DNA from: Candidatus Hermodarchaeota archaeon
GTDB taxonomy: Archaea; Asgardarchaeota; Heimdallarchaeia; Hodarchaeales; Hodarchaeaceae
Direction: 5' to 3'
Length of the DNA: 32,000 nucleotides
Assembly (NCBI GenBank): GCA_048886185.1
Contig: JBHLKY010000014.1
Location: 1-32,000, forward strand
Shown here: positions 18,009 through 25,619 of the stretch, one piece after another
How the letters are laid out: every line of letters starts with the position of its first letter
Numbering within the stretch: the stretch's first letter is position 1
Made by a program: the position numbers and the translations under genes
Notes under the pieces: generated by a model
What the model was told of the DNA's origin: nothing
What the model saw: the letters and a program-made list of their open reading frames with translations, nothing else
The model's database searches: none

Positions 18009-20291
18009 TTATTTCTTATGTCTTCTTCTAAGAATAACTAAACTGATGAAAAGCAAAGGAATAATAAATATACTTGGAAATGTACTTTTTCTTGGGAGAC
18101 TTTCTGCTGATGAAGTAGTTTCCAGTGTTGATTTAGTATCTTCTTTTGATGTTATGGTTGAGGGTATTATCGTTGTTATTTCAGTCTGTTCTGGACAAAC
18201 TGGAGACGTAATGGAGGGAATGAGGAAAGTTGAAATCAGACGACTTATATCAGCTCCTTCTGATGTATAGACCACCACAATATCAAGTTCAGGGATTATA
18301 TATATTTTCTGAGTGTTAAATCCCCATGCAAAGTAACTTTTAATGTTACAATCAGTGAACGATGTGAACCACACTTGATAACCATATTGATTCGTGCTTC
18401 CTAGGTGAGGATTACTTCTTGTAGCATTCTGTATCCATTCCGAGGACACGATTTGTTTCCCATTAAAGGGCCATGTTCCATTTTGTAGATATAAATATCC
18501 AATTTTTGCCATGTCTTGGGGTGTTAAATAGAGCCCTGAACCTCCACGTGCAACCCCTGATGGATCCAAAAACCATAAAACATCCCCTGCTGTAATATTT
18601 AGCGGATCAAAAAGATATTCTTGAGCGAAAGAAAGAGTTGTACGCCCTGTTACTTTCTGGATGATAACAGACAATAGATGAGACCCACCTGTGTTATAAT
18701 TAAATACCGTCCCTGGGTCAAAATCCATTGGACGATCAAGAACATATTGGGCCCAATCAGGACTTTCAACCATTAAACGATATGAGTTTCCTGGATCACT
18801 AGTTGCAATGTTCCATTCTGCCCAGTTCATCCCCGAAGTCATAGTGAGTAAGTGTTCGAGGGTCAGTGCCTCCTTTCGAGAGTCTATGTTCGAGATATTG
18901 CGATCAGGGAAAAAATCTAAGACTTTCTGATGCACACTGTCAATATATCCCATTTCAATGGCGATTCCCACTAGTAGTGAGGTTATACTCTTAGTACAAG
19001 AGTAAATGTAATGTTTGCAATCTCTAGTATAAATGTGATTATTGGTCTGATAATATTGTTCTGCAACGAGATACCCATTGCGTAGGACAAGAAAACTATG
19101 AGCCAGAGGATTATATTGTTGTATATAATCAGTCATATCGTTTATTAATGCTGAATTCATTCCTTGAGCCTCCGGACTAGTTGTTTGCCAGAAGGAAGCT
19201 CTTGGAGGGATTAGTGGATTGTCCCCCCAGAGCTTGATTGTCCAGTCCTCACTACCTGAAGCCAGTATAGAACCGTCAGGAGAAAAATCTAGACTCTTAA
19301 TAGAATTAGTATGACCTGATAAAGTCCACAGATTTTCACCAGTCGTAATATTCCAAATTTTAATATTAGCATTATTTAGAGGCCATGGAGAAAACTTACC
19401 TCCACCAGAAGCCAACAAACCAGTTGGTGAAAAACTAACAGATAGAACAACGTCTTCTTGACTCTCTAAGGTATCAATGAGAGTACCTGTCGATGTATTC
19501 CATATTTTGATTGTCCCATCCCTACTTGCTGAAGCGAGATTCTTCCCATCAGGTGAGAATGCGATTCCTTTCACTGCAGCTGTATGGTTTACCATTTCTC
19601 TTAATTCCTCACCTGTTGACATGTTCCAGAACTTGATGCTACTATCTCCACAGGCTGTGGCTAACACATTACTATCAATGGGAGACAAGGCTACTGCATT
19701 CACCATGTCATTATGTGTTAAATTTTGGATAATCAGTCCGTTTGTTAAGTCCCAGATTCGGACTGAACCAGAAATACCAATTTTTCCTTCTCCAGAGATT
19801 AGTAACTTGCCATCAGGTGAAAATCTAATTTCATTACCCATTTCTTCTTGTATTGGTAATGTTTGTAATATGGTTTCTGTAGTAATATTCCAAATTCTAA
19901 TGGTCCCGTCTCGGGCTGTAGAGGCTAAAAGACCCTCCTCGGAAAAACATACACCATAAACGAAATTTGTATGTCCGTAAAGGACACTGACAAAAGAACC
20001 ATCACTTGTATTCCAAATCCGGATAGTCCCGTCAAATCCTCCAGCGGAAGCTAGATATTTTCCATCAGAAGAAAAAGCAATATCATTAACCCCAGCGCCA
20101 TGTCCTTTTAGTGTGGCGAAATTATTAAACTCATTAAAGCTTCCAATTTGTGATCTGGTTTTGACGTCAGTTTCATTTACTATCATACTATTGTGGTTAT
20201 TTCCATTTTGTACTATTACAACAGGAATAATTATAAGAATGATAGCTATTGCTATCAATGTAGAGGCGAACTTTTTCTTATTAAATATCAT
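18009..20291 (-). CDS. Surface protein: signal/TM, 7-blade WD40 propeller, AmpC/beta-lactamase-like serine hydrolase, Thr/Ser stalk, C-terminal TM
   Basis: KKKFASTLIAIAIILIIIPVVIV; seven GH...IW(N/D/G) repeats; SxxK (YSCTKS), FNYNTGG, LTPQDMAKIGYLYLQNGTW, AWGFNTQKIYIIPELDIVVV; tail FPSIFIIPLLFISLVILRRRHKK. Start taken at MIFNKKK. Confidence 0.88.
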   Translation of the reverse strand: MIFNKKKFASTLIAIAIILIIIPVVIVQNGNNHNSMIVNETDVKTRSQIGSFNEFNNFATLKGHGAGVNDIAFSSDGKYLASAGGFDGTIRIWNTSDGSFVSVLYGHTNFVYGVCFSEEGLLASTARDGTIRIWNITTETILQTLPIQEEMGNEIRFSPDGKLLISGEGKIGISGSVRIWDLTNGLIIQNLTHNDMVNAVALSPIDSNVLATACGDSSIKFWNMSTGEELREMVNHTAAVKGIAFSPDGKNLASASRDGTIKIWNTSTGTLIDTLESQEDVVLSVSFSPTGLLASGGGKFSPWPLNNANIKIWNITTGENLWTLSGHTNSIKSLDFSPDGSILASGSEDWTIKLWGDNPLIPPRASFWQTTSPEAQGMNSALINDMTDYIQQYNPLAHSFLVLRNGYLVAEQYYQTNNHIYTRDCKHYIYSCTKSITSLLVGIAIEMGYIDSVHQKVLDFFPDRNISNIDSRKEALTLEHLLTMTSGMNWAEWNIATSDPGNSYRLMVESPDWAQYVLDRPMDFDPGTVFNYNTGGSHLLSVIIQKVTGRTTLSFAQEYLFDPLNITAGDVLWFLDPSGVARGGSGLYLTPQDMAKIGYLYLQNGTWPFNGKQIVSSEWIQNATRSNPHLGSTNQYGYQVWFTSFTDCNIKSYFAWGFNTQKIYIIPELDIVVVYTSEGADISRLISTFLIPSITSPVCPEQTEITTIIPSTITSKEDTKSTLETTSSAESLPRKSTFPSIFIIPLLFISLVILRRRHKK
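19225..20105 (-). repeat. Seven WD40 repeats (protein-level repeat)
   Basis: Seven ~42-aa units, most containing FSPDG or FS-x-x-G and ending I(R/K)(I/F/L)W; boundaries approximate. Confidence 0.85.
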
Positions 20292-20359
20292 AACTACCAA
20301 TTCCATCGTAATTTGAATATAAAACATGTTAATGATATCTATTATAAAAATGTTTTCAT

Positions 20360-20378
20360 AAAAATTATAATAATTTTT
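20360..20378. promoter_or_regulatory. Inverted repeat in the AT-rich divergent intergenic region; possible operator
   Basis: AAAAATTA-TAA-TAATTTTT (8-bp arms) between the WD40 gene and the TrmB-like regulator. The region is very AT-rich, so chance is plausible. Confidence 0.3.
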
Positions 20379-20449
20379 TTATAATACCAATATTATTTTA
20401 AAGTAATGTAATAACTCAATTTTAACTATCAAATTCGGTTGAATGAATC

Positions 20450-21607
20450 TTGGAAAGGTTATCACAAGAGATAGAAGAAATTTTCACTTTTGAACCACTC
20501 ATTATGGATGCCTTAAACCATAGCGTTACAGATCAACATGTTCGTGTTTTAGCGATGATGTTCAAACTTGGTGGTTATACCACTCTAAATGTTTTAACAA
20601 AAAAATTAGCCATCGCACAACCAACCGTTAGTAAGAGAGTAGCAGAGCTAGAAGACATGGGATTTATCAGAAAAAATTCAGAATTGAAACCTAAAGTGCT
20701 TGTTCTCCTTCTAACTGTTGAAGATCTTAAAACCAGATTAAATCTGAAGATTACTTCTCAACGGGCTGCTTCATCCTTCTTGCAAGAAATCTCACAAATC
20801 AAAGATAAACAGGCAATAATAGATGCTTTTAACAAAGCAATAAAGCTACTCTATCCCAATGAAGAATTGATAGCAAAAATGATTGTTTTTACTTATCTTC
20901 ATGGTACGATTCAGAGAAATGATCTAATCAAATTAATAGATCCCTCGGGAAAGACTATAATGAAATTAAATCGTGATATAGATGTAATATTGACGCTATA
21001 TCCAACGATCTTTAATACAATTTATTATAAATACCAAAAATCAAGTACATTTATTCAACCACGCCTCCCTCTGGATTCCTTTGCGAAAGCTCGGCTTATA
21101 CTTCTTGAATCAATACATTATAATCAAAATCTACTATTAGAGAGAATCGGTCAATTCATTGGGATTGAATTTGATGCAATTATTCCTCATCAACCATTAC
21201 CAAGTATTCCTGACATTGAACACCGAATAAATACCTGTTTAAAATATTATGAGACAGTAAAAATTATAGATAACTCTATTTATCAAAATAGATTTGTAAA
21301 TGGAGGATTATTAGAACTAATAGCATCAAGTAATCATTTTACAAATAATCACAACTTAAAAATGTTAACAAACCATTCCATTAGCATACCGTCAAATATG
21401 ATCTTGTCACAGATTAAACAAAAGCCTATAACAGAACCTATTAATCGCGACTACATTACACGTGATTTTATTATCTTTGAAGAACATGGATGTCTAGTTA
21501 TCCCTTCTAAAGTTAGTAGTCCTCCCTATTATCATATTGCACCTAAATTTACAAAAACTATTTCAAATATCTTTAACACAAATTGGAGGAGTACTAATGC
21601 TGTCTGA
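20450..21607 (+). CDS. TrmB-like transcriptional regulator with two wHTH/coiled-coil modules and a C-terminal PLD-like effector domain
   Basis: LTKKLAIAQPTVSKRVAELEDMGFI (HTH); a second, degenerate module ending FIQPRLPLDSFAKARL; C-terminal RDFIIFEEHGCLVIP...APKFTKTISNIFNTNW as in TrmB effector domains; TTG start. Confidence 0.7.
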   Translation: MERLSQEIEEIFTFEPLIMDALNHSVTDQHVRVLAMMFKLGGYTTLNVLTKKLAIAQPTVSKRVAELEDMGFIRKNSELKPKVLVLLLTVEDLKTRLNLKITSQRAASSFLQEISQIKDKQAIIDAFNKAIKLLYPNEELIAKMIVFTYLHGTIQRNDLIKLIDPSGKTIMKLNRDIDVILTLYPTIFNTIYYKYQKSSTFIQPRLPLDSFAKARLILLESIHYNQNLLLERIGQFIGIEFDAIIPHQPLPSIPDIEHRINTCLKYYETVKIIDNSIYQNRFVNGGLLELIASSNHFTNNHNLKMLTNHSISIPSNMILSQIKQKPITEPINRDYITRDFIIFEEHGCLVIPSKVSSPPYYHIAPKFTKTISNIFNTNWRSTNAV

Positions 21608-22181
21608 ATTTTTAAGAATGATTAAAGGCTTTTTATTAGTAATTGGCCCAACTAAAGCTGGGAAAACAAGCATTTTGAGACGACTGGTAACGGGGGAATT
21701 TACAGATCAAGAACCAACACTCGGATTTCGTGAAGAAACCATAGCAAAAGTTAGAATTATAGAGATTGGAGGACAGAGAGATTTTAAAAAGTATTGGACT
21801 GAAGCCCTTAATCAGAACCCAGTACACATTTTTTTTGTTATTGATGTGACAAGTAAAACCGATTTTAACGACTTTAATATTTTTGTTAAGGAAAATCAGA
21901 AGAGATTCCCCGAAATATTAGAACATACAATCTTAATTGTAAATAAAATGGATTTAGTCTCTGCATTGCCACCTTATATCCTTAAAAACAATCAAATTAT
22001 CGAATGCAGTGCTAAAACGGGGGAAGGTTTACTCGATTTATTGGAACTAATAGCTAATTTCAAGGATGTAGCTGAAGCTAAGATTTTAATCAACCATAGC
22101 GAGAGAGAAGATAAAATAAGTGAAAATGAAGATAAAGAAATAGCTAAAGCTATTTTAAAAAAGTATGAAGGGAAATTTTAA
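21597..22181 (+). CDS. Arf-like small GTPase (start moved to ATG 21597, 194 aa)
   Basis: GPTKAGKT (G1), EPTLGF (G2/switch I), IEIGGQ...YW (G3 variant), FFVIDV, NKMD (G4), CSAK (G5). GGAGG Shine-Dalgarno 6 nt before the ATG; 11-nt overlap with the upstream regulator. Confidence 0.9.
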   Translation: MLSEFLRMIKGFLLVIGPTKAGKTSILRRLVTGEFTDQEPTLGFREETIAKVRIIEIGGQRDFKKYWTEALNQNPVHIFFVIDVTSKTDFNDFNIFVKENQKRFPEILEHTILIVNKMDLVSALPPYILKNNQIIECSAKTGEGLLDLLELIANFKDVAEAKILINHSEREDKISENEDKEIAKAILKKYEGKF

Positions 22182-22213
22182 TATTACCACTCTCTTTTAC
22201 AATATTAAGATTT

Positions 22214-24505
22214 TCATGTTTTTGATAGTTCAGAAGTTAGAGATTCCAAGATTATTTCTTGGATTTGTTCTAATTGGTTGATTTTTATATCTGGTATTCC
22301 TTTAATCTTAATAAATATAGATTTGAGGTAATTTGAAACAAAGTTTTTACTTAGTAACATCATTGAATCGAACTGTTTAGGATAGATGAATAGAAAAATC
22401 GCTGGAACCCTTCCTCCCCTACTAATTATTCTTTTATCTGTCATAGATTCATCTTTTAATCTTACTCCATAGGTTATATAATGCCACTCAACGCGTTTTG
22501 CTCCATATATCAACGGTTGAGGAAATGGCCCATAAAAAGTTTCTAATTCACCTTGTTGATACAATACGCCAGAATATTCCAGAATTGAACGAAGTTGCTT
22601 TTCATTCAATGGACATGATTCAGTTTTCTTTTGAATAATCCACCCCTGATCTGAAAATGAACCGAGACATACCTCGACACTAATTTTCTTCTGCTTGAAT
22701 AATCTAATGATCTCTGCTTCACTGAGGTAGAATCTATTATGAATCATTCGCCCAACCATTGATAATAAATAGGTAGATTCTACCGTTTCAGTCATAGGAA
22801 TTTCCTGTTCCTTTAGCTTTTCTAGTTCCCTAATTGGGTACTGTTCTGCTAAGATCTGTTGCTCTAAAGCAATTATATTAGCTAATCGGTTTAAATTCTT
22901 ATTTTTTGCAATATTCCATGCTTTCTCTAAAAGATCTTGTGATTCTATGATTTTCATTTCAATTAAGGATAATTTTGATTGGAGTAAATAGGATTCAGCA
23001 AGTAGAGAAAAAGAATTTTTTTCCTGCGCAATTTTTTCTAGCTTATTTAGCCATTCATAAGCATCAAGTAAGATTTCTTCACTTCTATAGTGATGAAATT
23101 CGTCAATCAATAGCTCAATCACATTTAGAATTGCATCAACAGTAAGTTCAAAATCGATGATTTCTTCTTCAGCCACTTGTTTAAACAGTTTTTGGGCTTC
23201 TCCCCTTTGGATAGCTCTATTTTTTGCTTTTAATAAAGTTGCATATCCTAAAATATAAGTTTGATTCAGCCATTTACTCTTTTCCTCCTCATTAATTTGT
23301 TTTAGTTGTTGAAGATAATCATGCGCATGTTCTAAGTTATTTAAATCGATACTTAACTTGATTAGATTATAATGTGGAAGATAACTGAATCCTCGAAAAG
23401 GATGTGGAGAAATTTTTATCTTTGAGATGTTTTCTAAACATTTCTTATAGAACTTAGAAGCCTGTTTAAATTCTCCCCGAGCATGAAAGATTCTTCCAAT
23501 TTTATTATATGCTTGAGCAGTATTAAATCGACGTATTGCTGGAAAAGTTTCCAAATTTTTCAATGTTTCTTGATAATACTCTAGAGCTTTCTGCAATTCC
23601 CCTTTAATATGATAAATGTCTCCCAATTTATCTAATGATAAAGCGATAAAGTATTTTCTATCATGTTCTTTGTAAATGCTTATACTTTTTTCAAAATAAT
23701 TTAAAGCCTGAGAAAGATCCCCCTTTTGGACACATAATCTACCTAGTGTACCATATGAATGGGCTGTAATTTCTTGATGACCTATTTCCTCACTGATTCT
23801 CTTGCTTTTCTTCAAATAATCAAATGCTAGGTCAACATCCCCCCTATAAAGAAAAATTTCACTAAGCTTCCAGTTTGTGTGCGCAATCCCCCATTTGTTT
23901 TTTATTTCTTTAAAAGTCTGAAGATTTCTTAAATATGTTTGAAGTGCTAAATCTATTTTTCCATCTGAAGCATATATTTCTCCGATAAGATCACCATTTA
24001 GTGCAATCCCAAACTTATTATTGAATTTTCTGAATAATGAATCTGCTTCTTGAACAAATTCTAGGGCTTTTTGATAATCATCGTAGTAATACGTGTAATT
24101 TCTACCTTTGTGATGCATTATCCAGGCTTTTATTCTTTCTTTTTCAGAGGCTAGATCGTTAGGTATTGTTTCGAGTAATTCCTCTGCTTCTTTAATGCTA
24201 TTGAGGCTTTCAGAGTAGTTTTCTGTTATCCAACATGCTAATGCATATTCCCCTAGTGCTTCTATAACCTTTAATGTATTTCCGATTTCTTTCGTTTTCT
24301 GAATCACAGATGGAGTGAAGTTGAAAAGTCGTTTGAATTCTCCCATATCCTTTAAGAGATCTATTTTTTGGAATTGAATGTCTAGAGAGATTTTGTCAGG
24401 TATTCCATTTAGTTTTTCGAGATTTTTCAGGAGAGAGAATGCTTTTTGGTGGTAGCCATCAGTCACTAGTTGTTTTATTCGATCTAATTCCTCTGAAAAG
24501 TTCAT
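22214..24505 (-). CDS. TPR protein with an additional C-terminal alpha/beta domain (longin/uDENN-like)
   Basis: TPR repeats (AHSYGTLGRLCVQKGDLSQALNYFEKS; ALSLDKLGDIYHIKGELQKALEYYQET); shares the AQxxFxxIxEEEI...LNxxELLI segment with the 14880 TPR protein; extra ~160-aa C-terminal domain. Confidence 0.82.
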   Translation of the reverse strand: MNFSEELDRIKQLVTDGYHQKAFSLLKNLEKLNGIPDKISLDIQFQKIDLLKDMGEFKRLFNFTPSVIQKTKEIGNTLKVIEALGEYALACWITENYSESLNSIKEAEELLETIPNDLASEKERIKAWIMHHKGRNYTYYYDDYQKALEFVQEADSLFRKFNNKFGIALNGDLIGEIYASDGKIDLALQTYLRNLQTFKEIKNKWGIAHTNWKLSEIFLYRGDVDLAFDYLKKSKRISEEIGHQEITAHSYGTLGRLCVQKGDLSQALNYFEKSISIYKEHDRKYFIALSLDKLGDIYHIKGELQKALEYYQETLKNLETFPAIRRFNTAQAYNKIGRIFHARGEFKQASKFYKKCLENISKIKISPHPFRGFSYLPHYNLIKLSIDLNNLEHAHDYLQQLKQINEEEKSKWLNQTYILGYATLLKAKNRAIQRGEAQKLFKQVAEEEIIDFELTVDAILNVIELLIDEFHHYRSEEILLDAYEWLNKLEKIAQEKNSFSLLAESYLLQSKLSLIEMKIIESQDLLEKAWNIAKNKNLNRLANIIALEQQILAEQYPIRELEKLKEQEIPMTETVESTYLLSMVGRMIHNRFYLSEAEIIRLFKQKKISVEVCLGSFSDQGWIIQKKTESCPLNEKQLRSILEYSGVLYQQGELETFYGPFPQPLIYGAKRVEWHYITYGVRLKDESMTDKRIISRGGRVPAIFLFIYPKQFDSMMLLSKNFVSNYLKSIFIKIKGIPDIKINQLEQIQEIILESLTSELSKT

Positions 24506-24542
24506 TCATTAAATTTCTCCAGAATACGCTGAATATTGTTAT

Positions 24543-25505
24543 TCAATAATCCAGTGGTGGTCCGTCTCGTATCCCTTGTGGTGTTATATGGAACACTGCT
24601 TCCCGTTCCGCCAATTCAGGAGAATCGAAAACTCTGGCTATACGGATTGTCCCTCGTGATTTTCGTAGTAATATTCGATGTGTTGGTCGGTGTCCCCACG
24701 CAAATCCTAGTGCTGGTTCAAGGCTGCTGGTTCCAGAGAAAATGCTGTCTGGATTACTGAGGATTTGGTTCGTTGTCATTATCGCAAGTTCATAGGATTC
24801 AGCCAAACGTTGTAATGTTTCCGCATGAGCCATTAGCATCTGTTGTCTACGAGGTAGATTGTCCTTCCCTGGGAATTCTGCCCGAAAATGTGAAGCCATT
24901 GAATCAACTATGACCAATCGTATATTATTACTTTCAATCAATCTGTCAGCTTTTTGAACAATTTGTATCTGATGATCTGCATTATATGCTCTGCTAACAA
25001 ATATATTTTTTAGAAAGATTTTTGGATCCTCTGTAAATGAATAACTCATTTCAGCAACGCGTGCAGGGGAAAATGTGTTTTCGGTATCGATAAAAAGTGC
25101 TTTTCCTTCAAGTCCTCCTTCTTCAAGGGGCCGTTGCACATTAATACATAATTGGAAGGCTAGTTGAGTTTTTCCAGTAGCAAAGGCTCCACTAAATTCA
25201 GTCAATGCGCCTACGGTTATCCCTCCACCTAGAATTTCATCTAATTGTTGGGATGAGGTAGTAATCCGGGGTTTTGCCACTTTTTTTTCAAGAAGTTCAG
25301 CAGCAGTAACTGGTTCTGTCATACCAAGTAGTTTTCGTGCCTGATTCACGGCTCTTTCTGCAGATGATTTATTTATCTCGCAGCGACGTACTACTTCCTC
25401 TGGTGGAGTTGTTGCGAGAGCCATGAGTGTCGGGAATTGTTCTTGTATCCTTTCTTTTGTATCGCTGGCAATTTTTAAGGAAGTAAAGTCATCTTTCTTT
25501 GCCAT
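24543..25505 (-). CDS. radA: RadA/Rad51-family recombinase, probably a divergent paralog
   Basis: N-terminal helical domain, SQQLDEILGGGI, GAFATGKTQ, LFIDTENTFSP, LVIVDS..SHFRAEF, GHRPTHRILLRK, RIARVFDSPELAEREAVFHIT. Start is MAKKDD (25505) or the ORF-track start 25526. Confidence 0.8.
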   Translation of the reverse strand: MAKKDDFTSLKIASDTKERIQEQFPTLMALATTPPEEVVRRCEINKSSAERAVNQARKLLGMTEPVTAAELLEKKVAKPRITTSSQQLDEILGGGITVGALTEFSGAFATGKTQLAFQLCINVQRPLEEGGLEGKALFIDTENTFSPARVAEMSYSFTEDPKIFLKNIFVSRAYNADHQIQIVQKADRLIESNNIRLVIVDSMASHFRAEFPGKDNLPRRQQMLMAHAETLQRLAESYELAIMTTNQILSNPDSIFSGTSSLEPALGFAWGHRPTHRILLRKSRGTIRIARVFDSPELAEREAVFHITPQGIRDGPPLDY

Positions 25506-25619
25506 GATCATCCCATTTGGCGGCATTCTATTTTTCGCACTACATTCCTAATGTCTGATACTGGCGTTTGCTAGAACTCACTTTTTAACATTTATTATGT
25601 TTTCGACAAACCAAATGTT

